Made by a program: the position numbers and the translations under genes. A stretch of 64,000 nucleotides of DNA from Lama guanicoe (Eukaryota): assembly GCA_013239625.1 (NCBI GenBank), contig MU054323.1, positions 6,313,220 through 6,377,219 on the forward strand, given 5' to 3'. The notes under the pieces are model-generated. The model did not search any database, was not told where the DNA came from, and saw only the letters and a list, made by a program, of their open reading frames with translations. Below, in pieces: positions 1-12,289 of this stretch; within the stretch, counting starts at the first letter, position 1, and each line of letters opens with the position of its first letter.

Positions 1-1143
1 GCCATTTTGTTTTTTATTTATAGTCCTTCCGCTCCCCACTACACTTGATTATTTTTAAGCAAATTCTAGTTATGGAAATTCATCTAGATATTTCAGTATG
101 TAGCTAAAATAAGTACTTTAAAAAGATTATAACTACAATCCCATTGTCGCATCTTTAAAATTAACAATTACTCAACATATCGTTAAATATCTAGTCAATG
201 TTCACATGTTCCTGATTCTTTCATAGCTTTTTTCCCAATTAGTTTTTTTAAATGATAATCTAAATATGGCCCATATATTTTAATTAGTTGATATATCTCT
301 TGAATATTTTAAAAGATTATATCTACTTATTTTTTCTCCCTGGTAATATATATGTTGAAGAATATGGAACATTTCTCTTGAAGAATTTCCACGTTCTGGG
401 TTTTGTTGATTGCATCCCTGTGATGTCATCTGTTCATGTTCCTCTGTGCCCTATATTTCCTGTAATCTAATGGTTAGATCTAGAGGCTTGAATGGAGTTA
501 GATTCACATTTTTGGAAAGAATTCTTCACACTTGGTTTGGGCTTTCATGCTGAGGCATGTATTTATGTCTGGTTTCTTTTCGTGATGCTAGCAGCCATTG
601 GTATCATTGCCTAGATCAGTTTGCATTAGGGATTGCAAATTGGGAATACTCTAATTCTGTAATCCTTTGTTTAACTGAATTCATTTGCAAAGGAAACTTC
701 TTTTATTAATTCTTACTCTGGGTTCATATAGGAAAGGCAGGATGAATACTTGATTCTATCTCTTATTTGCTAGTTTTCACTGGGAAGATGACCAGTGAAT
801 TGAGTTTGTTTTAATGAGTATCAGTATGAGCTTGTATTTGATGTGTTTCAATTCACATAGTTGTTTTTCCTTTTTTGAGACTTCAAATTGACTCTTGAAT
901 CGTTTTCACACTAATCCAAAATGTCAATACAAGGCGTAAGTACACATTTCCTGCCCCAGACCTGGAGTCATCCATTTCTCTAAGAAACTTTGATTCCTTT
1001 TGGTGGGAAATGGTATTTGGAGACAACAAATTGAGGTACTAGGTGTTGTTACTACTTTTTTGGCCTTTCATTGGACAGAGCTACTATGTATTTTCTCAAC
1101 AGCATAAGTTCATACTGATGTTTCCAATTGAAAATTTAGGATT

Positions 1144-1278
1144 GGAGCGGAGGTATAGTTCAGTGGTGGAGCGCGTGCATAGCATGCACAAGGTACTGGG
1201 TTCAATCCCCAGTACCTCCATTAATAAAATAAATAAAACCTAATTACTTCCTCCCTCAAAAAATTAAAAAAATAAAAT
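1144..1278 (+). mobile_element. tRNA-derived SINE, camelid Vic-1-like
   Basis: A box (TAGTTCAGTGG), B box (GGTTCAATCC), A-rich tail, 13-bp TSD AAAATTTAGGATT at 1131-1143 and 1279-1291. Confidence 0.88.
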
Positions 1279-1396
1279 AAAATTTAGGATTACAGAATTT
1301 TAACTTGGTTTCTTTAATTTTTATGTTTCTAACTCTAACTCTTACTCTGAAGAAAATCTTGGTTTGGGGGGACAGATCATAGTTACTTCTTTATCT

Positions 1397-1589
1397 CAAG
1401 GTTTTTCGGCTTCAGCACTATTGACATTTTGGGCAATACCTTCTTGTGGGGGCTGTCCTTTGCTTCCCTGACCTCATCTACTAGATACTAGCAGCATCCT
1501 CCACCCCAGTTGTGACAACCAGAATTTCCTCCAAGCTGTTCCCAAATGTCTTCTGAGGGTCACAGTTGCCTCCTGGTTGAGACCCGCTG
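1397..1589. mobile_element. MER20-like hAT-Charlie MITE
   Basis: GCACTATTGACATTT, CCAGTTGTGACAACCA and CTGGTTGAGA motifs recalled for MER20. Confidence 0.75.
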
Positions 1590-2364
1590 CTTCATCTTTA
1601 TACCATAGCTTCATTAAAATAATACTAATACTAATATATTAAAACAATACTAATATATTATTGCTGATAGTATGATTACTAGAAACTGTTTTTCCTTATT
1701 GGGTTCATCCCACTAGAATATACAGTAAAATTACTATGTTTAAAATTACTTTAAATAATTTGTCTCCAAGTGGTTTTCCTACCAACTTGATTGTCAGTTT
1801 TATTAATTTGTTTCATCTTAACTTTGTTTTTAAGGATTGCTTTTTTAAAAACTTAGCATGTTTTATGTATTATAAGTATTTACATGGGTCCAAAGTTGAT
1901 CTAAAAAACAAGGTATATTCAGAGAAATCCAGCTTCTACCCTTCCCCTCTTCACCCTGTCCATTCTCTCCCAGCTTATAGGTAACCTTATTAATTTTATT
2001 TTTTAAGGTTTACTTTTTCATTTTTTTCTAATATGAACAAACGTATATTCATGTCTACCTCTTTCTTAGATAAACACTAGTATATTATACATAATTTTCT
2101 TCATTTTGCTCTTTTCACTTAACAGTATATCCTATTGATTGCAACCATTAAAAATTCTTTTTTACTGCTGCATTCCACTGTGTGGATTTACCAGTTTGTT
2201 CAACAAATCCCTGTTAATGGACAGTTGGGGTTTTTGTAGGATTTGCTGTAACAGTCAATGCTGTAAATAATCCTGCAGTGAATAATCTTGTGCATTCACC
2301 TTTTTATATTTTTGCCAAAATACCATTGGGATAGATTGTCTAGATACTGGGATTTCTGGATATA

Positions 2365-2819
2365 TGCATCAAAATAAAAAACAGAACTGGACAGTAAAGT
2401 AGTAAAACCAGATTCTGCTCAAGAACTATGCGATAAGGATAAAGAGACTTCAGTGTGAAACTGGACTCAGTCCTGAATATATCATGAACAAGTAGAGATT
2501 TACAGCCAAAAACAAGGTAAGGGTCAATGGATGGAAAATTACTAAGAAACTTTGAAGGCAAGGAGGCATTCTTGCTAAACTGACCTACAGGGTTCTTGCT
2601 GAAGGCAGGCCAGTGTGATCAAGTGTCATCTGTAAGGATGGTGGGCAATGAGGAATTTGGTTAGATATCAAGGGTGAGGGATTCTGGCTAAACTTACTTA
2701 ACAGGATTCTTGCTAAAATTGGGCTCTACAAAGGCAGAAATGGAAGCCCAAGTTCAGACCTCCTTGAGAAGATTCCTCAGAGGAACCTGACTGCAGTTTG
2801 GTGGAGAGAGTTTTTGTCA
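2365..2819 (-). mobile_element. ERV1 solo LTR, MER31-like, inserted in an old L1
   Basis: Minus strand starts TGACAAAAACTCTCTCCACCAAACTGCAGTCAGGTTCCTCTGAG, resembling the recalled MER31 5' end; repeated GGATTCTTGCT motifs. Confidence 0.65.
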
Positions 2820-4000
2820 TATGCATATATAACTTTCCTAAGTATTGCCAAATTCCCTTTCTAGGAGATGTACCATTTTGCATTCCCACCAAGAATGTGT
2901 AAGGCTGTTTCCCCATACTCTCAGCAACAAAATGTTTTGCAAGACTTGTGAATTTTTGCCAATCTGATTGGTGAGAAATGGGGATCATAGTATAGTTTCA
3001 ATTGCACTTCTCTCATTATAAGTGAGACTGACATCTTTTCACATATTTTAAGGCCATTTGCTTTTCTCTTTCTGAGAAGTCTGCTCATATTTGTTGCTTA
3101 TTGATTGCTGGCCTTTTTCTTTGTATCAGTTCTTTATATACTAATGTTTTACTTGTAATGCCAGTTCACTTTTTGGGGGTTTGTTTGTCATTTATCTTTT
3201 TACTTTGTGGAATGCTGAATTTTTTTTCCCCTTATATAATTAAATGTATCTGTCTTTTCCCTTATTGGTTCTGGATTTGAGTTATAGGAAGGTTGTCCTC
3301 TCTTCCAGTTATGGAGACATTTACCATGTTTTCTTTTAATAATTAGCGAGTTTGCCTTTGTGTAAGTTTTTTTATTGCGATAAAATACATGTATATGTGT
3401 ATATATATAAAACATGAAATTTGCCATTTTAACCAATTTTTACTGTACAATTCAGTGGTGTTTATTATATTCACAGTGTTGTGCAGCCATAACCACTATC
3501 CATTTCCAAGACTTTTTCATTTTCCCAAACAGAAACCCTATGCACATTAGGCAATAATTTTCACTTAATGTTTTCAAGGTTCATTCATGTTGTAGTATGT
3601 ATCAAAATTTCATTCCCTTTTATGGCTAAATATTCTGTTTATGTAGATACCACATTTGTCTACACATTCATTTATTGATAGACATCTTCATTGTTTCCAT
3701 CTCTTGGCTATTGTAAATAATGTCTCAGCCACCCAAATTCTTTTTCACAACAGCTGTGCCATTTTACATTCCCACCAGCATTATACCAGGGTTCTAATTT
3801 CCCCACATCCCTGTCAACACTTGTTTTTTTTTTATTAAATAATTCAAATGTGTGTAAAGTGGTATGTCATTGTAAATAGTGATGTTGAGCATCTTTTTTC
3901 ATGTGCTTATTGGCTCTTCATATATTTTCTTTGGAGAAATGTCTGTTCCAAGTCTTTTGCCCATTTTTGGGTTGGTTTGTTTTGCCTGCTATTTTTAAGT
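2820..4000 (-). mobile_element. Degenerate antisense L1 fragments (ORF2 end/3'UTR)
   Basis: Motifs CATTCCCACCA, GTTGAGCATCTTTT, TGGAGAAATGTCTG, TTCATTCATGTTGTAG. Confidence 0.8.
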
Positions 4001-4418
4001 TGTATTTTTTTTTTTTGATTCAACATTGCTTGATTGCTGTAAACCTTTGACTGCTTTCCAGGGTTCAAACTAAGTTGGACAGTTTCTGCTTGTTTTTTAA
4101 TGTTTCTGTGGGGACAGGAGCTTGGAGCTGCCTATTCTGCCATTTTTCTGACATCACTCTCAAGTTCAATTTTTAAATTTTAAATCTTGGATGTATTTGA
4201 AATTTATCTTGGTAATGGTGACTCCATAAGACTGTTGAATTTATTTAAAAGTCCATCTTTTCCTGATTTTTTTAAAAATCTTATAGTGTGGACTCCTCAT
4301 GGGTTTTTGGTCATTTATTCAGTGAGTTATAATCCATTAGTATCATTATTTACTTTGATGTCCCATTTCCCAGGTCCATGTTTATCCAGTGAGTGCTCCT
4401 TTACGTGGCTTCAGTGTC

Positions 4419-5070
4419 TTTTTTTTTTCTTTTTTCTTGGCTTTAAAATATTTTATTGAAATCCTTTTGATAAAGTATATACTAAAGACAAACTAAAGGC
4501 TGTCTAATTGATATTTAAGTGCCCCCAAATTTCTAGGCAGTTTCCCCTCCTCCAGTAAGTTGACAGCTTCTCACACAGGTTAATGCAGGAAAGATGTGAA
4601 GTTTTTAAGGTCTCTTCAACACCAGATATGGGACATCCTTTGCATCAGCAAAATCCATAGTACCCAGGTAGAAGGCATGTGGCTCTTCACTTCATGTCAC
4701 AGCCTGCTGTTGAAGTGGCAGGAAGCATTACGTAGGCATCCCAGCCATCCCAACATAACTTCCCCAAGAGAATTCCAAACCTTAAGTCCTTCAGTCACCA
4801 GGCTAGCCCTGAGTCTATGCGAAGGGGCACTGCCCCTGTCTGGGCTTCCAAAGCTCATGCTTTATTCAAGGATAACACACTGGTGGACATGGATATCTTA
4901 AACTCCTTTGTGGTGCTGTGGACCCACCTTCTAGAATCAGGGCCCTGCACGCTGGCAGCTATGCAAAGATGGCGCAGGGCACTGCCTTCCCCTGGTTTGG
5001 GGAAGGGTCCACAGCAGCCTTGAGACGTACCATACAGTTCTTGTGCTCGCTTCCCACGACTTTATCGCAA
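4419..5070 (-). pseudogene. 5'-truncated retrocopy of an unidentified mRNA (mostly 3'UTR-like)
   Basis: Poly(T) 4419-4435, TTTATT 4452-4457, imperfect TSD CTTCAGTGTCTTTT / CTTCTGTATCCTTTT at 4409 and 5071, GC content above the flanks. Confidence 0.72.
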
Positions 5071-6164
5071 CTTCTGTATCCTTTTGATATGTCTTCATCA
5101 TTCACTGAGTACCATCTTACATTTGCGGAGCAAGAAGTAATTTCCAACTCATTTGTTCTTTCTGTGCCCCAGCCCTGGAATCAGCCTATTCTCTAAGGAG
5201 CCATGATTCCTTTTTTTTAGGAAAATTGTACTTAGAAACCAAGATGTCTGCACTTGGTATGCTTATTGCTTCTAGTATGTCATTGCTTCCAGGACTTCTC
5301 AGTGGGCAGATGACTTGGACTATTTTAAACATTGATTTGTTTGCTAATTTCTTACATTATTTTTGTTATAGAGGCAAAACAGTGTTGCATTAAGTTTGGG
5401 AAAGAGAGAAAATAATCCGTAATTTTATTACCCCCAACAATTATTTTCACCTTTGTTCTTCTCTATTTTCTTGTATACATTCTGTTGCATTCCTAGTTAA
5501 TGAATAATTTTGTTTCTTGTATTTTCACTTTTGTGATATCTTTTTATATTTGGCCACATAAACAGCATCATAATTATTTTTAACAGGTACATATTATCCC
5601 ATCAAACAGCTACACCATGACCATTTACTTTACTTTCAGTTCTTGCTAACAAATAACAGCTGTGGTTGACATCTTATGTGTATAGCTTACTTTGTTGTTC
5701 TTTTAAGTTTTGAGAAATGTGGAAGATCAAGATCAAAAAATACGAATATTTGTACAACATGTAAATACATCTGGTGGGTTTGCTTTCCAGGGGAATTGTA
5801 AGGATGAGTTTATATTGATTTGATATTTTGTTACTATTAGAGATTGAGTGAAGTGCTTTCATTCACTTTTTTTGTTATTAAACCAAAAGCTACATTATAA
5901 TTTTTTTAATCATAACTTTTACAAAATCTTTCTTCTGTCAGAAGATTGTCCAAAACCAAAATTTACTTTTTATTATTGCTTTATAGATGAATGTGACAGC
6001 TTTGAGTCTGATCACTTGTTCTTAAGAACCCTTTAAGCTACTTTAGGGCTGTATAATAACTTAATGTTTAAAGAGTATTAATGCATCCATTGGAATGAAT
6101 TTATTTAGAATACTATATTAAAATTTGAGAGTTTGAGATTTGCAAATATTAGCCATTATGAATA

Positions 6165-6335
6165 AAAATAGATAAAAAAAAAACAAGTTTCTTTTATATA
6201 CCACAGGGAACTATATTCTATATCTTGTAATAACCTTTAATGAAAAGGAGTATGAAAAGGAATATATGTATGTATATACTTTGTCCTGTACACCAGAAAT
6301 TGACACATTGTAACTGACTACTTCAATAAAAAATT
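6165..6335 (+). mobile_element. L1 3' end fragment, artiodactyl type
   Basis: CACAGGGAACTATATTC...GTACACCAGAAATTGACACATTGTAACTGACTACTTCAATAAAAAA; a similar copy lies at about 55850-56033. Confidence 0.75.
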
Positions 6336-6427
6336 ACTAAAATATATACTATATTAAGGACTTTAGCTTTTATTTATTTATTTACTTACTTACTTACTTA
6401 CTTACTTTTACAGTAAGGCAGAAGAGA

Positions 6428-6468
6428 ATGAAAGAAGTAGATAATCTTGAAAGTATAAAAGAAGAATG
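6428..6468 (+). CDS. UBXN2A: UBX domain protein 2A, first coding exon (MKEVDNLESIKEEW)
   Basis: Acceptor CAG at 6411-6413, ATG at 6428, donor TG|GTAAGT at 6469. Peptide matches recalled human N-terminus MKDVDNLKSIKEEW. The 5' non-coding exon and promoter were not found and are presumably upstream of the window. Confidence 0.93.
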
Positions 6469-6779
6469 GTAAGTTATGTTATGAATTTTCTTTGTTATTA
6501 ATGCTTTTGTTACTGTGTCTATTTTTACTGCATTTCACTGACTGATAAAGTAAGTTTTCATTATGATTATCTGTTAAATACCTAATAGTGATTATTTGAA
6601 AGTTTTTTTTTTGCCATAGCTGCTTTGAATGGAATTTAGTGAAGTTACTAAATCTATTTGTTGTTGTTGTTATTAATATCAAGTGTAAAATTTTTCTCTG
6701 CTCACATTGTTATTTAAGTGTGAAATTAAAGTAACTATTTACTTTGTTAGCCTCTTTTGTTATGCTGTCTTGGAGTCTT

Positions 6780-7010
6780 AGTAAAATATAATGGCTTTGG
6801 AGTCAGATAAACCTAGATTTGAATTCCATCTCTGTCTTGTACTACCTCTCTGGCCTTTGAGCAATTTAGGTAGATTATTTGAGCTTCAATAACTCATCTA
6901 TAAAATGGAGATATATAGAGGCATCTGAAAGGCTTTTGTGAGAATTACATAGCTGATGTAAAGCACTCAGGATAGTATTAGCGCATAGCAGGCACCCAAT
7001 AAATAGTGGA
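6780..7010 (+). mobile_element. MIR SINE (further MIR fragments near 7460-7760, 10340-10550, 28050-28230, 40350-40515)
   Basis: GGCTTTGGAGTCAGA, TCATCTATAAAATGG and TGTAAAGCACT core motifs. Confidence 0.75.
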
Positions 7011-7259
7011 TGTAAAGTCTGTGGTTATTATTAATATGGAATTCTTTATTCTCACTTGTTTGAGGTGAGATATTTATTTTTTAATTACGCTCTTTGTCTT
7101 AAGTACTTGATGAGGTGACTCATTCATAGTCCATTTAAGGAGACAAATAAGCATTTATTTCATACTTACAAATACTTTGTAAACATTTTCTATGCTGAAC
7201 AAATATTTTTGTTATTTTCTCACTAGAGTACTTATTTTATATAAACATCTGATACTAAC

Positions 7260-7452
7260 TGTAATTCTGAGACCACCTCCAGGTGTAATGATTTGTTCAC
7301 AGGATACACAGGATTCAGCATGTTGTCTTGCTAATGACTAAGAGTTACTGCAGTGAAAGGATACAAAGCAAGATCATCAAAGGGAAAAAAAAAATGTGTG
7401 GGACAAAGTCCAGGGGAAACCAGGCACAAGCTTCCAAGAGTCCTCACCCAGT
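7260..7452. mobile_element. MER21-like LTR fragment
   Basis: GTGAAAGGATACAAAGCAAGATCATCAAAGGGAAAA...GGAAACCAGGCACAAGCTTCCAAGAGTCCTC resembles recalled MER21. Confidence 0.6.
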
Positions 7453-8288
7453 CATTGTTCATTGTGAGGATTGAATGACTTAACATATATAAAATACTTA
7501 GAATAGTTCCTAACATGTATTAATAAATGTTCAACAAATAATAGCTATTAAGAGAGGCTTTATAAAGTATCATGGTTAAGAGTAGACATGGAAGATAAAC
7601 AGGGTTTGAATTCTGTTTCTGCCACTTACTAGCTGTGTAATCTCTAACATGTAACTTAACCTTGTGATTCATTTTTCTTATCTGTAAAATGTGGATAAGA
7701 GTATCTGCCTTGTAGTTCCTGACACAGTGTAAGAGCTATAAAATTGTTGATTATTATTTATGAAATCTGAGAAGTTATATCTCAGTACGTTATGAATTTT
7801 CAATATGACTTTAGAAAAGATCAGCCAGGAACCATCTTTTAATCAGACAAAATCTTAGGTAATATTTCTTATATGACAAAATATAAACACGAAAAACAGT
7901 AGATGAAAGTGGGAAAAGGGAGGAAGGGAGTCAAAAGTCATGGGTATGTAATGTATATCATGGCAACTATAGTTACTGAATTGAGTGTTTAAAAGTTGTA
8001 AAGAGAGTAAATCTTAAAAATTCTCATCACAAGGGAAAATAATTATGTAACTATGTATGGTGATAGATGGTAACTTTTAACCAGAATTACTGTGTGGTGA
8101 TCTTTTTGCAATATATACAAATATTGAATCATTATTATGTATCTGAAACTAACATATGTCTCTCTCTTTTTTTTTTTTTAAAGTACCCTGCTCACCAATT
8201 ATATTTTTTCCCTTGGAGTATCATTAGATTCATGGATCTTTATTTTATTCAATGTGTTTAGTTAATTATAGCCATTGTTCTTCCTTTC

Positions 8289-8381
8289 TTTTTTTTTTTT
8301 TTTTTAATGGAGGTACTGGGGATTGAACCCAGGACCTCATGCATGCTAAGCAAGCACTGTACCCCTGAGGTATACCCTTCC
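8289..8381 (-). mobile_element. Vic-1-like SINE
   Basis: Poly(T) followed by GGAGGTACTGGGGATTGAACCCAGGACCTCATGCATGCTAAGC. Confidence 0.85.
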
Positions 8382-8648
8382 TACTAATGTATGTCAGTTA
8401 TACCTCAATTTAAAAAGAAAGAAAGAAAGAAAAACCCAGTAGAGTATTAAACCACTACAAATGAAAATCTTGAGTGGGAAATCTCATTCTGAAATGTGTA
8501 AAGGAGTAAAACTATGATGACTGTTCCTGACATGTTATCACCTTTAGTTTCAAGAGTGCTTTGTTACCAAAAAGTACATAGTAACCCCTTTTAAAAGAAG
8601 CCATTTTGAGACCTTTACAAAGAGCGCTTTTTTTTTTTAAACTCTGGG

Positions 8649-8883
8649 CAAGTCGTTTTCAGCCCGGTGAGATTTTTGCCTCCCCCGCCAGAGGCCATCT
8701 GGCAATGTATAGAGGTGTTTTTTATTGTTGTAACACTGAGGGGTAGGAGGATATGCAAGCTTCTGACATCTAGTAGGTAAAGGCCACAAAAGCTGCTAAA
8801 TTTCCTACAGTGTACAGGACAGCCTGCACAACAAAGAAGTATCCTTCTCCACATGTCAACAGACTAAAGTTGAGAAAACCCTC
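8649..8883. mobile_element. MER20-like MITE, opposite orientation to the copy at 1397
   Basis: GATTTTTGCCTCCC, TGGCAATGT, CATCTAGTAGGTAAAGGCCA, TACAGTGTACAGGACAGCC motifs. Confidence 0.75.
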
Positions 8884-9061
8884 TCTAGACCAAAAGGTTT
8901 ATTGACTTCCCAAGGCCCCATATCTACTATCTTAACTTAGAAGAGTCTTAGCTGGGGATATGGAGGTAGCATGTCAGTTCAAGATCCATTAACTAGAACA
9001 ATTTATGTAAATTTTTAGAGAGTGTGTGACCACTACTGCTTGTTTTCTTTTTTGTTTGTAG

Positions 9062-9200
9062 GGTTTGTGAAACAGGATCTGACCACCAGCCTCTTAGTGA
9101 TAATCGACAGACAAATTGTGAATATTTTGTTGACAGTCTTTTTGAGGAAGCTCAGAAGGTTGGTGCCAAATGTTTGACCCCAACTGAACAAAAGAAACAG
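9062..9200 (+). CDS. UBXN2A: UBXN2A coding exon 2 (VCETGSDHQPLS...EQKKQ)
   Basis: tttgtag acceptor, CAG|GTAAGT donor, 139 nt, phase-compatible with both neighbours. Confidence 0.96.
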
Positions 9201-9227
9201 GTAAGTGTCCGTAACTTTTTTCTCTCC

Positions 9228-10070
9228 CAGTATTTCTCAAAATACGGACCTTCAGAGGTCAAAACTGTTTTAATAATAATAGATATTATTTATATCTTTC
9301 ACTGTGTTGAATTTTCACTGATACTGCAAAAGCAATGACAGGTTAAACTGGCCCCTTCGGAGGCCAGTAGCACCAAACTGTACCAGTAATTACTACATTC
9401 TTTCCTTATACTTGTAGAGGGGAAAAACACTGGTTTCAATTAAGAATGTCCTTGATGAACCAGTAAGACTTACAAATCTTATTAAATCCCAGCTCTTCAG
9501 TACACATCTTCCAAATACTGTCTGACAAAATGTGAACTATACATAAAGCATTTCTGCAATGTATGTAAGGATCTTAAGGAAAAGTACAGTTTCTTGAGAG
9601 GCAAGATGAACAACCTGCTTCTTCACGGTGTACTGTTTTTATGTGAAAGTGATTTATAGACAACTGATTATTCAGACTTGGATATTCAGCAGACGTTTTC
9701 TCAATATGTATGAAGTGAGTGGCACTTCAAGGAAAATAACTTACAATATTTATTGCAAATGATTTGATTTTATTGACTTTTTTAAGTGAAAATAAGAATT
9801 TTGATAAACTGTCATCATGTACCTGAGTGCTTCCCAGAACTTAAAAGATTTTTCTGATGGGATCATTGTCATGTTAATAAATGTGTCTTTTTTATCTATA
9901 TCATGTAATGAAATATATCAACATCTAGAAGATTCACATAAATCACTGAGCCAGTATTTTCCATATGATCAATACGTGATGTTATAAAATGATGCATGAA
10001 TTAAAAAACAAGTGTCACAAGGATTATAACAGATGTACAAAAAGATAATTAAGTTTCAGATTCCACATTC
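9228..10070. mobile_element. hAT-Charlie1-like DNA transposon fossil
   Basis: CAGTATTTCTCAAA terminus, GAGGTCAAAACTGTTTTAATAATAAT, GCACCAAACTGTAC, TTATTCAGACTTGG. Confidence 0.65.
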
Positions 10071-11423
10071 AGATTCTAGACTTTTTTTTTTATTAAATTC
10101 AATTTCCATTTTCATTTGCTAAGAGCTTTTTTGCTTAGAATATTCCCTCCCTACTCCCTTTCAAACATCTTCTCTTATGTGTATTAATTATCATTTTTGG
10201 ATTTTTGTTTTTAAAATTCTTCTACTCTCCTCAGTGTCTTTATGTTTATGTCTCTTCTCCTATTTGTTTTGTTCTCTGTCTTCTATGTGAGTACTAAGAG
10301 AGCAGGGTCTTGGCAGTTTGGTTATAGATAAAAATGGGCAATATAGTATAGTGGTTAAGAATATGGATTCTGGCCCCTGGCTCTACCCTTACTGACTGTG
10401 TGACATTGAGCAGTTTAATTAATCTTCTGTGTTTCTATTTCCCCATCTATAAAAAGGATAATAATACCATTTTGTGTGATTTTTGAAGGATTAAATAAAT
10501 TTATATGAGAAAAGTGCTTTAAACAGTGTTTGGTACATACTGAGTGGTCTCTCAGATAGATGGGTAAATTAGGTAGGCAGGCTAATAATATATCCTATCA
10601 TTATTATGATTGTTTTCCCTAACATATTAATGAAGTGTGTTATGTATGAGACAAAATAGACATGTGTTGATTGAATAAATGATTGAATAAATGCTAGAGA
10701 CAAGAGAGGGGCTGTAATGGTCTGATATCCTCTTAGACAGTTTTAAATTAGTCCTTCTGTGTTCAGCCTGAAGCATCCCTGCATTGTACTGTATTTCTGA
10801 ACCTTTCTAGATTTATACAGTGACTTTGAATGAGTGAGTAGTAGTTCATAAGAGCTAATCAACAAGATGTTGAGAGATGAAATGTTGATGATAACAGTAG
10901 CACTGATATTTTATATTTGAAGGAAAAGCCATTAATTAATCACTCAGGGGTTTTTTTTCCCCTTCTGTTCAAAGTCCTTCTCTAACTGTTGAGAAGTCTG
11001 TTCTGAGCCAAAAGTTTTAGTGTCCTCTGAGGCAAGACACATAATATTTCTGGAAATGTGTTATCTTAAAACTATTAATGATTTATTTTAAAACGTTTAT
11101 TATGAACCATATTATGTATATACATTATAATTTTTGATATTTTACGTTTGAAGTTTATACTTAAGAATGATACATTTTTAAAAATTTGTAGCTGTGTGTG
11201 GTAATGGATGTTAACCAAATTTATTCTAATAATCACTTTGCAATATATACATGTATCAAATCATCATGTCGTACACCTAAAATTAATACAATGTTATGTC
11301 TCATCTCAATTTTTAAAAAAAAGATATATAAAATTTACACTGATAGAAGAAATTTTCAAAGGACTTATAATCTACTAGTACTTTTTATTAACTTCATGCA
11401 TTTTGTTTCTTACTGCTTTGCAG

Positions 11424-11530
11424 GTAGATGTAAGTATAAAATTATGGAAAAATGGATTCACAGTCAATGATGATTTCAGAAGTTATTCTGATGGTGCAAG
11501 TCAGCAGTTTCTGAACTCCATCAAAAAAGG
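11424..11530 (+). CDS. UBXN2A: UBXN2A coding exon 3, SEP domain start (VDVSIKLWKNGFTVNDDFRSYSDGASQQFLNSIKKG)
   Basis: tttgcag acceptor, GG|GTAAGC donor, 107 nt; LWKNGF SEP-domain signature. Confidence 0.97.
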
Positions 11531-11985
11531 GTAAGCGATCTTTGTAAACAGAAGGATATTAGATATGTTTCATTTGGAAGATTAGTGTTTAATGTTGTTC
11601 ACACATCCCTATGCATTCACAGATACTTTTTATTTTATAAATTCAGATTTTCATAAGATGGATTTTGTTAAGAGAGCCACAGCTGTCTTTGAAAGGTTAG
11701 GGATTTGAATTCTGATCAACCAAAATCTGACTTAAACTAATTCACTTTGCCAAGTGTTATTTAATACCAAGTGTTACTTAATACTACGTCACATCCTAGT
11801 TACTTAATGCTTATGTTTGAATAACTTTATAGTTTTTGAATTGTGACTTCTATTGCCCTGTAGTGTTTCTGTTACATACTTAGGATTTTACGTGTTATAT
11901 GTACGTGGTCTAGAAAATTTTTTAAGTATTAAGAACCTGAAAATCACCTATAATTTCATTACCCAAAAGTATTATTGCCATTAAC

Positions 11986-12040
11986 CTATAACTTCATGCA
12001 TGCTAAGCATGCAGTCTACCACTGAGCTATACCCACCCCC
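11986..12040 (-). mobile_element. Tailless (3'-truncated) Vic-1/tRNA-derived insertion
   Basis: 5' half of the SINE only, flanked by the perfect direct repeat TGCCATTAAC (11976-11985, 12041-12050). Confidence 0.75.
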
Positions 12041-12289
12041 TGCCATTAACTTTTTTGTTGAATTTCATTTTGGCATTTTCTGCGCATGGATTCATATATA
12101 ATGTGCATATATGTATATATATTTTTTAAATTTTGACTTTATCCTGAAATATTTCAATACATCTGCATATTCTTTTATCATAGCGATGACCTATAATTTT
12201 TATATAGACTCTTAGTGGTTGACAGTTAGATTATTTCTTGTCTCCCACTATAAAAAAATCTGTTAACTATCCTTGTATTTAAATATTTT

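Noticed and set aside
1144..1220. tRNA gene
   Set aside because: A and B boxes are present, but the AT-rich tail, TSD, multiple diverged copies and lack of a proper acceptor stem indicate a SINE.
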